A DNA stretch of 42,474 nt from Candidatus Saccharimonadales bacterium (GCA_035480055.1 DATIIB010000001.1:183453-225926), one strand, 5' to 3'; positions 1-7,237 are shown, counted from the stretch's first letter. Program-made: numbers and translations. Notes: generated from the letters alone by a model not told the origin.

Positions 1-148
1 GACGGTTGCGGGATTCAAATACGTGACTTCACAAGGTGATCCCGGCGGTATACAGTCAGCTAAGAACACGCTGATTTATGCCTTGGTTGGTGTGACGATT
101 GCAATCTTCGGACAAGTTATCGTAAGTTACGTATTAAAAAAATTGTAA
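1..148 (+). CDS. T4SS-type (TrbC/VirB2-like) pilin paralog, 3' fragment (5' end outside window)
   Basis: Frame 2 reads ...GFKYVTSQGDPGGIQSAKNTLIYALVGVTIAIFGQVIVSYVLKKL with TAA at 146-148. It carries the same C-terminal motif as the two complete paralogs downstream. Confidence 0.6.
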   Translation, partial: TVAGFKYVTSQGDPGGIQSAKNTLIYALVGVTIAIFGQVIVSYVLKKL

Positions 149-158
149 GGAGTTACCC

Positions 159-542
159 ATGAAAGCCTTTTCTCTTAAGTTAACCAGCCTGGTCGTTGCC
201 ATCGTTGCCCTCTTTGGCGTCATGAGTTTGGCACCAGCTCTCGCCCAGCCGGCATTTGCTGACTCAAAAGGCGACGCCACAAATGGTGTGAACGATACCG
301 GAAGCAGTGGTGGGTTAAGCATTCCAAAACTCATCTCCAACGTCACGAGTATCCTCGCCTACTTTGTGGGAATCGCCTCAGTGATCATGATTGTGATCAG
401 CGGTTTTAAGTACGTTACCTCAAATGGCGACAGTGGCTCGGTGCAATCGGCCAAGAATACGCTGATCTATGCGATTGTCGGTTTGGTGGTGGCAATTTTT
501 GCCCAAGTGATTGTGAAGTTTGTAATCGGTAAACTCACCTAA
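159..542 (+). CDS. T4SS-type (TrbC/VirB2-like) pilin family protein
   Basis: 127-aa ORF with GGAG upstream and a signal peptide (LTSLVVAIVALFGVMSLAPALA). Two hydrophobic helices flank FKYVTSNGDSGSVQSAKNTLIYAIVGL, the motif I associate with CPR/Gram-positive T4SS pilins. Confidence 0.7.
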   Translation: MKAFSLKLTSLVVAIVALFGVMSLAPALAQPAFADSKGDATNGVNDTGSSGGLSIPKLISNVTSILAYFVGIASVIMIVISGFKYVTSNGDSGSVQSAKNTLIYAIVGLVVAIFAQVIVKFVIGKLT

Positions 543-554
543 GCATAAGATAGG

Positions 555-583
555 TTGTCTCTGTGCACAAAAAATGCTATATA
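555..583 (+). promoter_or_regulatory. Putative sigma70-type promoter for the second complete pilin gene
   Basis: TTGTCT (555-560), a 17-nt spacer, then TGcTATATA (575-583) in the AT-rich spacer between the pilin genes. Confidence 0.35.
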
Positions 584-628
584 CTGTATAGTAATTAGTA
601 AGCAAAAACGTATAAATAAGGAGCTTAT

Positions 629-1039
629 ATGATCCGTTCAATAACAAAGATTGCTGCCGGCATGATAGCCACCTTGGCTCTAGTGTTCGGTGTGTCGCTT
701 GTTCCTGCCCTCTCGGCCTCAGCGCAGAGTAACTTGGAAACAGGTGTCTGTAGTGGTGTGACCGCTACAGGAGCTGCCGACTGTAAGGACGCGAATGGCG
801 ATGGCCTTCAGGGGCTCGTCAGGAACATCTTAAACATCCTCTCTTGGGTGATTGGTGTGGTCTCGGTGGTAATGATTATCATCGGTGGCTTCCGCTACAT
901 CATCTCAAGTGGCGACTCTGGTCAGGTGCAATCGGCCAAGAATACCATTCTCTACGCCATCGTCGGTTTGGTAATTGTCCTCTTTGCGCAGTTGATCGTC
1001 CGATTCGTGATTGGTTCTGCAACCAAAGCCAACGGCTAA
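629..1039 (+). CDS. T4SS-type (TrbC/VirB2-like) pilin family protein
   Basis: 136-aa ORF with AAGGAG upstream and a signal peptide ending ALSASA. It has the motif FRYIISSGDSGQVQSAKNTILYAIVGLVIVLFAQLIV and is paralogous to 159..542. Confidence 0.7.
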   Translation: MIRSITKIAAGMIATLALVFGVSLVPALSASAQSNLETGVCSGVTATGAADCKDANGDGLQGLVRNILNILSWVIGVVSVVMIIIGGFRYIISSGDSGQVQSAKNTILYAIVGLVIVLFAQLIVRFVIGSATKANG

Positions 1040-1055
1040 GGCCTTACCGCGTACA

Positions 1056-1083
1056 AAAGCCGCTCCTCACTGGGGCGGTTTTT
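1056..1083 (+). terminator. Rho-independent terminator after the pilin array
   Basis: Stem CCGCTCC/GGGGCGG (one G-U pair), 5-nt loop, then TTTTT. Confidence 0.6.
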
Positions 1084-1107
1084 ATGTATCCCAAGATATG
1101 GGCCACG

Positions 1108-1135
1108 AAAAAAGAGACACCCTTTCGGATATCTC
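1108..1135 (-). terminator. Rho-independent terminator of hsp20
   Basis: On the minus strand: GAGATATCC-GAAA-GGGTGTCTC followed by TTTTTT, located 24 nt after the hsp20 stop. Confidence 0.6.
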
Positions 1136-1158
1136 TTTCGTAGATCGCATTGAGAAAA

Positions 1159-1647
1159 CTAAAGGATCTCGATCTTCTTTGCAGTCTCTTGCTTGATCTT
1201 CTCGAAGCTGATGGTAAGCACGCCATCCTTGAGCATGGCTTCAATCCCCTCTTCCTTCACCTGTACTGGTAAAGTGATGGTACGAGAGAATTCTCCCCAG
1301 TAGCATTCTTGGATGTGATAGTTCTCTGCGTCGGCTTCGTCGCCAGCGGAAAGTGTTCCGTTGATCGTAAGCACGCCGTCCGAGATGCTGACATCCAAAT
1401 CTTTTTTGTCGACTCCTGCGGTACGAGCTTTGATAACCAGTTTATCTTTGGTCTCGTATACATCGACAGCTAATTGACCGGGGAGCTCTTCCTCAGTCGC
1501 ATCTTCTTCCCAATCGGCTTGCACGGGTGTACCGTTATCGCTGGGAGTAGAAGCATTGTCGTCCGAGGGAGTGTCATCGTTCAAGAATGCGGCGGCCAAC
1601 TCATCATCTAGGAGCAATTCGTCCTTTTGTTTCTGTCCTCGTGTCAT
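1159..1647 (-). CDS. hsp20: Hsp20/alpha-crystallin family small heat-shock protein
   Basis: Alpha-crystallin domain (LAVDVYETKDKLVIKARTAGVDKKDLDVSI...GVLTISFEK). The ATG at 1647 lies 5 nt after GGAGG, so the GTG at 1659 is probably within the RBS. Confidence 0.9.
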   Translation of the reverse strand: MTRGQKQKDELLLDDELAAAFLNDDTPSDDNASTPSDNGTPVQADWEEDATEEELPGQLAVDVYETKDKLVIKARTAGVDKKDLDVSISDGVLTINGTLSAGDEADAENYHIQECYWGEFSRTITLPVQVKEEGIEAMLKDGVLTISFEKIKQETAKKIEIL

Positions 1648-1677
1648 TACTTCCTCCACTTATTCTGGAATATGTCC

Positions 1678-1707
1678 ATTATATCTACAAACGTCAATGT
1701 TTTGCAA
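1678..1707 (-). promoter_or_regulatory. Putative hsp20 promoter
   Basis: On the minus strand: TTGCAA, an 18-nt spacer, then TATAAT upstream of the hsp20 RBS. Confidence 0.4.
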
Positions 1708-1732
1708 TAAACTATCCTTGGAGGTCAAGAAT

Positions 1733-2416
1733 ATGCAAATCTTCGAACAACTTATTGCAATGGTAGCGCCACACTATTGTATCGAATGTGAGCAAGAAGG
1801 CCAACTACTTTGTACTAATTGTGTTCAGGAAATTTTGAGCGAAACTCTCTCGTGCTGTGCGCTATGTGGCCAACCTACGCGGGAAAGCAAAGTGTGCACA
1901 CAATGTCGTCAAAGTTCGCCGCTCCAGCATATTTGGGTGCTCGGCGACTATGAAGGCGCGCTGGAACGATTAATTCATGTATTCAAATTTGGCAGAGCCC
2001 GGGCCGCAGCCGAAATTTTGGCAATGGCGATGGATGCACGGTTGCCGCAGCTTCCTGCCGCAACCGTCATTGTGCCCTTACCTACTGCGCCGCGCCGTGT
2101 GCGTCAACGTGGGTACGACCAAGCGGTATTGATGGCTCGAGCGCTTGCGAGCCATCGTGAGCTCACCACGCGCTCGCTATTGCTTCGCAACCATAATCAA
2201 CGACAACTCGGTGCTTCTAAAGCCTTGCGCCACCAGCAAGCGGCTGAGGCGTATCGGCTGGCCAGGCAGCCGGTGGCGTTGGACCAGCCATTATTGTTGA
2301 TTGACGATGTGATTACCACTGGAGCAAGCCTCACAGCCGCTGCTCGTCTGCTATCTGCGGCTGGGTACCACAATGTGATGGCCGTGGTCGCTGCAAAACG
2401 TCCATTTAAGAAGTAA
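1733..2416 (+). CDS. comF: ComF family protein (phosphoribosyltransferase domain, N-terminal Cys4 zinc finger)
   Basis: ATG at 1733 after GGAGG. It has CxxC pairs (CIECEQ...CTNC, CALCGQ...CTQC) and the PRTase motif [13 protein letters not shown]. The longer ORF from 1556 overlaps hsp20 antisense. Confidence 0.8.
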   Translation: MQIFEQLIAMVAPHYCIECEQEGQLLCTNCVQEILSETLSCCALCGQPTRESKVCTQCRQSSPLQHIWVLGDYEGALERLIHVFKFGRARAAAEILAMAMDARLPQLPAATVIVPLPTAPRRVRQRGYDQAVLMARALASHRELTTRSLLLRNHNQRQLGASKALRHQQAAEAYRLARQPVALDQPLLLIDDVITTGASLTAAARLLSAAGYHNVMAVVAAKRPFKK

Positions 2417-2441
2417 ATGTGGTAAAATAACACAGGTATTT

Positions 2442-2529
<88 letters not shown>

Positions 2530-2532
2530 ACC

Positions 2533-2563
2533 AAAAAAGCAGGCTCCCAAGGTCTGCTTTTTT
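2533..2563 (+). terminator. Rho-independent terminator after tRNA-Ser(UGA)
   Basis: Stem AGCAGGC/GGTCTGCT, flanked by an A-run and a T-run. Confidence 0.65.
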
Positions 2564-2594
2564 GGTTTATTTCCCTCCCCCTTCCCAAGTTTGA

Positions 2595-2603
2595 TGCTAT
2601 ACT
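2595..2603 (+). promoter_or_regulatory. Extended -10 (TGcTATACT) 6 nt before the ATG; implies a leaderless mRNA
   Basis: TGcTATACT, then atctac, then the ATG at 2610. There is no SD. Confidence 0.45.
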
Positions 2604-2609
2604 ATCTAC

Positions 2610-3257
2610 ATGAAAACGGGTATGGGTGAGCAGCGATATTGGCAACAGCCAGAAGACGATAAAGACACTATGGCGGGTGGTGAGCCTTCACCTCAGATCG
2701 GCTTTTCTGCCCTTCCGCCTATTCCAAACGCTTCTCCAGAGAGTAACACTCCCCCATCTGACCCGGAAGGGCCAGCGCCAGCTTCTCATGACCAAGAAGA
2801 GCCTCTGGTGTCTTGGGAAGCGGCCGAATTTATTCAACATGCCAAAGGCACCGGATGGTTCGTTGCACTAGGCGTTTTTGCCGTAGTTATTTTGGCGATT
2901 GGTATCTTTGTACTTAAAGATTGGTTTGCAACGGCCGGATTTGTGGTGATGTTAGTAGCTATTGCGGTAGTCGCAGGGCGTCCCCCTCGAGTGCTCAAGT
3001 ATGCGCTGGACGAATCAGGTGTGCATATTGGCGATAAATTCTACGATTACGAGGAGTTCCAATCCTTTGGCGTACTCCAAGAGGCGACATTGTGGAGTGT
3101 GATCCTGATGCCGAGCGCCCGCTTTAAACCGGCTGTGACTATCTACTTTGAGCAAGCCAAGGGTGAGGAGATTGTCGATATCTTAGGACAGTTCCTGCCC
3201 ATGGAAAAGCACCAGCCTGACCTGGTGGATCGACTGGCAACCAAGATTCGTTTCTAA
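2610..3257 (+). CDS. Hypothetical membrane protein (Pro/Glu-rich N-terminus, two TM helices, ~100-aa C-terminal soluble domain)
   Basis: 215-aa ORF with TM segments WFVALGVFAVVILAIGIFVL and GFVVMLVAIAVVAG. I do not recognise a family signature. Confidence 0.6.
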   Translation: MKTGMGEQRYWQQPEDDKDTMAGGEPSPQIGFSALPPIPNASPESNTPPSDPEGPAPASHDQEEPLVSWEAAEFIQHAKGTGWFVALGVFAVVILAIGIFVLKDWFATAGFVVMLVAIAVVAGRPPRVLKYALDESGVHIGDKFYDYEEFQSFGVLQEATLWSVILMPSARFKPAVTIYFEQAKGEEIVDILGQFLPMEKHQPDLVDRLATKIRF

Positions 3258-3387
3258 AATTATCTCTCATAGGGCTGGCGCAACACCTTAAAATGTGATA
3301 TATTTTGGGCTGTTCTGCTAACGCAGCAGAAAGCACATTTTACTGATTAGATTTTGCAGCCACGACTTGTCGACGGCTGCAATACAT

Positions 3388-3464
3388 GCACCCGTAGCTC
3401 AGCTGGATAGAGCGTTGGCTTGCGGAGCCAAAGGTCGTAGGTTCGAATCCTGCCGGGTGTACCA
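3388..3464 (+). tRNA. tRNA-Arg(GCG), CCA encoded
   Basis: 77-nt cloverleaf with acceptor GCACCCG/CGGGTGT, anticodon stem TTGGC/GCCAA, loop TTGCGGA (anticodon GCG) and T-loop GGTTCGAATCC. Confidence 0.9.
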
Positions 3465-3465
3465 A

Positions 3466-3497
3466 CTAAAATATCCCTCGTGTGAGGGATATTTTAG
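3466..3497. terminator. Bidirectional terminator between tRNA-Arg and the convergent Nudix gene
   Basis: 14-bp perfect stem CTAAAATATCCCTC/GAGGGATATTTTAG with loop GTGT. The outer stem positions are A/T-rich in both directions. Confidence 0.7.
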
Positions 3498-3504
3498 TTT
3501 GGCA

Positions 3505-3987
3505 TCAATCTTCCGAGGATTCCTGGTTATCCGTGCGCCAATTGAGTTGTTGAATTGCAAGCTCTTGGTATTGAGCTTGGCTTGCAAAGAGAATATTATT
3601 CCTGTCGAGGTCGTCTGTGACCGGTCTCCATTCTACAGCAATAGCATCGCTTCCAGCTTGGATGGTTATAATCCGCGCCTCTTCTTCGTCAAGATGAATG
3701 TAGAGTGCGGTTGTTTCCATCCAGGCATTGTCTGTATTACGTGAATCATCAACGTATCCGTCATATACAACAACCGCCTCAGAGAAGTCGAGTTCCACAC
3801 CACCAACGCCTGCTTCTTCCCTCAGCTCGCGACCTGCAGCCTCCCACGGCTCTTCCCCATCATCCACCTTACCGCCCGGTAACGCCCACTCCTGGGTGTC
3901 TCTCTTTTGATGAGTAATGTTTCCAGCTCGCCAGTCTCTGGGTTGTTGCGTGTCACGATAGGGTCTGCCGCTTGGGTTGGTCCCCAT
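3505..3987 (-). CDS. NUDT9-like ADP-ribose pyrophosphatase, C-terminal fragment carrying the Nudix box (downstream of the frameshift)
   Basis: Nudix box GGKVDDGEEPWEAAGRELREEAGV. The homology starts at ...KRDTQEWALPGG, and the ORF's own N-terminal ~25 codons overlap the upstream fragment in another frame. Confidence 0.75.
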   Translation of the reverse strand: MGTNPSGRPYRDTQQPRDWRAGNITHQKRDTQEWALPGGKVDDGEEPWEAAGRELREEAGVGGVELDFSEAVVVYDGYVDDSRNTDNAWMETTALYIHLDEEEARIITIQAGSDAIAVEWRPVTDDLDRNNILFASQAQYQELAIQQLNWRTDNQESSED

Positions 3988-4808
3988 TTGTCGAGCATAC
4001 CTCGACCTTGCAGCCCCGTCCTGCCTTGGGGGTTGAGCGGTCGCTGGTGTTGGTCGCGTTGCACCTCATAGACCTCTAAACTATCAAAGTCCTCTAGCTC
4101 TGCCGGATCAGCTGGATCGGGCCTGTCGCCTTCCTTACGAAAACTGGTATTTCCACGAGGCAGGTCAATGAAAGTCGGATTATAATCTGGAAACTCGGTG
4201 TCCCAATCAACTTTGTCGTCGGGCACAGTCGCCCTTTCCACGCTAGTCAGTCCGAGTTCGACCTTCGCCATCTTGCAAAGCTTGGCATTGACAGCTGTTC
4301 TTGCGACGATATGAGGTCCTCCATTGAGCTCGCGGAATGTAGGCAGATCATCCATATGGACTTCGTCGGTGTCTTGGGAGGCTTCAGCGTAACCCCACGG
4401 TTCTGGTTCACCCTCGCTATAATCGGAGGTATCGTATTCGTCGTATTCGTCGCTGCCACCTGGGAAAAAAGGTGCAGGCGGTTCTTTGCCACTTCCTCCT
4501 CCTGCTAGCGGAGTGGGTGCCTCGGCAGGAGGCTCTTCCTCGCGTGGCTCCTCACTTGGCTCGCCTGATCCTCCAGAATCGTATGGGGTGGACACTGTTG
4601 CGCGGAGCGCTTTTTTCGGCAGCGCGTCTAATGTATTACGCTCATCGTCGACCACTTCATATACAGAAACGGTTTTCTCCAAGACTTCAGCGAGTCCTAC
4701 CTCGCCGCCATCGTCAGATAAAAACCGATCCGTATTCTCAGGGGCAGTATTTTCGGCAGCCCTTTCTGCGGTAGTATCTCCTGTAAAAGGAGCGAAGTCA
4801 TTGATCAT
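3822..4808 (-). CDS. N-terminal fragment of the same NUDT9-like protein: shared leader module plus the pre-Nudix motif (upstream of the frameshift)
   Basis: GAGGAGG RBS. An acidic Gly/Pro-rich leader (VGLAEVLE...PTPLAGGGSGKEPP...DEYDEYD) is followed by NPQGRTGLQGRGMLDKWGPTQAADPIVTR, the motif preceding the Nudix box in NUDT9-family enzymes. The meaningful reading ends near 3909. Confidence 0.75.
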   Translation of the reverse strand: MINDFAPFTGDTTAERAAENTAPENTDRFLSDDGGEVGLAEVLEKTVSVYEVVDDERNTLDALPKKALRATVSTPYDSGGSGEPSEEPREEEPPAEAPTPLAGGGSGKEPPAPFFPGGSDEYDEYDTSDYSEGEPEPWGYAEASQDTDEVHMDDLPTFRELNGGPHIVARTAVNAKLCKMAKVELGLTSVERATVPDDKVDWDTEFPDYNPTFIDLPRGNTSFRKEGDRPDPADPAELEDFDSLEVYEVQRDQHQRPLNPQGRTGLQGRGMLDKWGPTQAADPIVTRNNPETGELETLLIKRETPRSGRYRAVRWMMGKSRGRLQVAS

Positions 4809-4900
4809 AAAGTCCTCCTCTGTTCAGGGGTATTGTAGTGCAATAAGGTGTTTAGGGCTGTGAAGAGCATTTTCCTAGTCAAATGACACGAGTTGGAGTA

Positions 4901-6058
4901 TCATTCTCCTGTTCTGGAGGTGAGAACGTTTTGAAGCGCCTTCAAGCGCTGGTGGTGATGTGATTGAGTGCCATCCTCAAAAAGTACCTCTTGATAGTCG
5001 GTGTGATCAGCGAGTAAGGTGTTGGCAAAAGTTACTGGCGTGGTAAGGGGTAAATCTTCCTTATGTAACCTCGTGCGTAGCTCTTCAACTGTAGGAGGCC
5101 GGCCAGTTGCATCGCGGACCGCATCTAGCGCAATGTAGTACTCGTCAGTTGTAGTTCTAAAGAAGGCAGCGAGCTGCCCAGCATGATATTCTGCGTCCAA
5201 TTCGCTCGGCGGCGCACTCAAATAACGATAGGCACGTATTGAATTACCTAGTGCATCGATTTCACCAGGGGCGCACCTGAAGACAGCCGAAACAACCGCT
5301 CGACCTTCTTCTAACGAAGCACTATGTTGCGTTATCGCCTCGTTGGCGTCGGAGGTGACTGCATTCGAAAAACTCCTGACGCTCACTTCCTCATTGCCGA
5401 TAGTACCCGAAAAGTAAAAATTCTCTTGCTCATGAGCCAGTAAACATCCACTGAGCATGGTGTGTGCTTCGCTGGGTTCTATGTATTTTTCTTTGAGCTC
5501 AGCAAGTTTGGAGACGAGTTCTTCAGATGACTCATAGCCGAGCGAGCGAAGATTCGCCAAGTCATAAGTGGAAGGTTCCTGTGGAGCCACTCCCATTCTT
5601 GCAAAATCAATTTTACGCATTATACCTACAGGCTGTACTGTAGGCGATACAAGGATTTGCTCCTCTCCCTTAATTTTCCCCCGAAACACGCCCACCTTAT
5701 ACACAACTTTAAGTGGTGGATGACCAGAGGGCGTAGGAGCATCTAAGGCGACTTGTGCATGCGCCATCTCGTGCATAAAAGTTTTTTCCGCCGCCGCTTC
5801 TCTATCCTCGGGAGTGTTAAATGGGAGGAGTTCGGTCGCTTGACGTATAAGCACTCTAAATTCTTCTGGATCTTTTGCATGAATGACATTGGGAGCGTTT
5901 TCATCGCCTTCAACAAAACCCATAAGCGCTTCATCAGGAAGTGCCTGCATCACATTATGTAGCTCCGAATCCTCATTTAAGGTATGCGAGAGAAGTTTAC
6001 CTTCGCTCGTTGCGTCGGTCACTCCTAGTGAGATTGCATTTTCGGCTGCTCGCTGCAA
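4901..6058 (-). CDS. Hypothetical protein: HExxH (putative zinc-metallopeptidase-like) N-terminal region plus C-terminal 'domain X'
   Basis: FMHEMAHAQ at 5759-5773. The C-terminal ~175 aa are paralogous to the C-terminus of 6066..7049. The start is uncertain: TTG 6058, GTG 5953 or ATG 5950. The ORF extends to 6304 only by overlapping the upstream gene. Confidence 0.6.
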   Translation of the reverse strand: MQRAAENAISLGVTDATSEGKLLSHTLNEDSELHNVMQALPDEALMGFVEGDENAPNVIHAKDPEEFRVLIRQATELLPFNTPEDREAAAEKTFMHEMAHAQVALDAPTPSGHPPLKVVYKVGVFRGKIKGEEQILVSPTVQPVGIMRKIDFARMGVAPQEPSTYDLANLRSLGYESSEELVSKLAELKEKYIEPSEAHTMLSGCLLAHEQENFYFSGTIGNEEVSVRSFSNAVTSDANEAITQHSASLEEGRAVVSAVFRCAPGEIDALGNSIRAYRYLSAPPSELDAEYHAGQLAAFFRTTTDEYYIALDAVRDATGRPPTVEELRTRLHKEDLPLTTPVTFANTLLADHTDYQEVLFEDGTQSHHHQRLKALQNVLTSRTGE

Positions 6059-6065
6059 AGCCTCT

Positions 6066-7049
6066 CTAAAAATCTGGTTCCCGCTCAGCGGCAGTGAGCT
6101 GCTCCTGTAATTTGTGGAGACGCCGGTGATGTGTATCGTGGTCAGGCTGTTCAGTGAGTAGTTCCGTGTAGCTCGTACCCTCAAGATGCGTTCCGACAAA
6201 AACTGTAGGATCTGATAATGAAACCCCCTCTTTATTAAAAAGCCCTGGAAGATCATCGATTGTAAGGGGTTGCCCAGTGGTAGCATAGGTCTGTTCCATG
6301 GCATCTAAAAGATGATCGGGTGTTACCTCGAACAATGCGGCGAGTTGTATGAAGTGATGATCAAGAGACAACTCGCGAGGCACAGCGCTCACGTAGCTGT
6401 AAAGCCTGACAGGATTATCATGCGCGTCAGTTTCATCTGGCTCACAAGTGAATTCGACTGAAATAATTGCTTTGTTTTCTGAGAGAAGCGCTTCGTGCTC
6501 TTCGATACACGAAGCATTGTTGGTATGAGAAGCGCCTAAGGTGGTTTGGTAGCTACTCACTCGCACCTCTTCTCTATCGATGGTACCAAACCAATAGAAT
6601 CCGTCTCCGAGAGCTTCTCCAGTTCCGAGCAAGGCTTGATTAAGTGTTTCATGCACGTCTGAAGGATGGACGTGTTCGGCTGTGCTTTCGCCTTCTTCCC
6701 CGCCCTCTCCATAATCGTCAGCTGGTGGGAGAGTCGTGTCACCAGGGGGTAATCTATTTCCTCCGCCACCTGTAGTAAGTGGAGGAGATTGATCTTGGGG
6801 AGATTCGGGAGTGTTTGGGGAGGCCTGGCCTTGATCGTTGGTACCGAGCGATGTTTCTTCTGCATTGGCGGCTTGCGGCTCTTCGATCACTTCTCCGACA
6901 GGAAGCGCAAACTCATCGTATTCCATGGCAGCAGATGCTTGCTCCTGCTCAATAGATGGCTGTGTTGCGGCAGCATCGTCAGCCTCTGCGCATGGGTTCC
7001 ATGGTTTTGGTTGCCTATCAATCTGAGAAGTGTCTCCGTACTCGAGCAT
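6066..7049 (-). CDS. Hypothetical protein: shared N-terminal leader module plus 'domain X'
   Basis: It starts MLEYGDT and contains AATQPSIEQEQA, LPVGEVIEE, PPLTTGGGGNRLPPGD and DDYGEGGEEGE. The C-terminal domain GFYWFGTIDREEVRVSS...HHRRLHKLQEQL is paralogous to 4901..~5430. Confidence 0.7.
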   Translation of the reverse strand: MLEYGDTSQIDRQPKPWNPCAEADDAAATQPSIEQEQASAAMEYDEFALPVGEVIEEPQAANAEETSLGTNDQGQASPNTPESPQDQSPPLTTGGGGNRLPPGDTTLPPADDYGEGGEEGESTAEHVHPSDVHETLNQALLGTGEALGDGFYWFGTIDREEVRVSSYQTTLGASHTNNASCIEEHEALLSENKAIISVEFTCEPDETDAHDNPVRLYSYVSAVPRELSLDHHFIQLAALFEVTPDHLLDAMEQTYATTGQPLTIDDLPGLFNKEGVSLSDPTVFVGTHLEGTSYTELLTEQPDHDTHHRRLHKLQEQLTAAEREPDF

Positions 7050-7055
7050 TGTGAG

Positions 7056-7064
7056 AGTGTAGCA
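7056..7064 (-). promoter_or_regulatory. Extended -10 (TGcTACACT) 6 nt before the ATG at 7049; leaderless start
   Basis: On the minus strand: TGcTACACT, then ctcaca, then ATG. There is no SD. Confidence 0.45.
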
Positions 7065-7140
7065 TCTCACAGGAAAAAATGTCTAGCGTAACTCCCCTCT
7101 CGCCAAAGAGTCTCATTTATAGTACAATACCCCTTGTTCT

Positions 7141-7233
7141 GGAGAGGTACCCAAGCGGCTGAAGGGGACGGTTTGCTAAATCGTTAGACTGGAGCAATCT
7201 GGTGCGAGGGTTCGAATCCCTCCCTCTCCGCCA
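7141..7233 (+). tRNA. tRNA-Ser(GCU), CCA encoded
   Basis: Acceptor GGAGAGG/CCTCTCC, anticodon stem ACGGT/ATCGT with loop TTGCTAA, and a long variable arm. Confidence 0.95.
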
Positions 7234-7237
7234 TAAT

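Noticed and set aside
844-1244. Small ORFs overlapping the 3' end of the pilin gene and the hsp20 terminator region (844..1143, 1011..1196, 1044..1244)
   Set aside because: They are out-of-frame overlaps with supported genes or terminators and have no RBS.
3367-3744. 125-aa plus-strand ORF and 62-aa minus-strand ORF (3399..3587)
   Set aside because: Both cover tRNA-Arg and the terminator. The plus ORF is also antisense to the well-supported Nudix-box coding region.
3895-3915. Programmed -1 ribosomal frameshift in the NUDT9-like gene
   Set aside because: The site (C AAA AGA) is not a canonical X XXY YYZ slippery heptamer, and I see no obvious downstream stimulatory structure. An indel in the A4 run (mutation or sequencing error) is the simpler explanation.
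6059-6304. 5' extension of ORF 4901..6304
   Set aside because: It overlaps the conserved C-terminus of the upstream gene in another frame and translates to implausible sequence (PWNRPMLPLGNPLQSMIFQGFLIKRGFHYQ...).
6640-6790. LPXTG sortase signal or double-glycine (C39 peptidase) leader in block 4 (PPLTTGGGGNRLPPGD / PLAQGGGG)
   Set aside because: Sortase signals are C-terminal and are followed by a TM segment and a basic tail, neither of which is present. Double-glycine leaders are 15-30 aa, or NHLP-type with different conserved helices. No C39 ABC exporter is adjacent. It is kept only as a remote possibility within the main finding.
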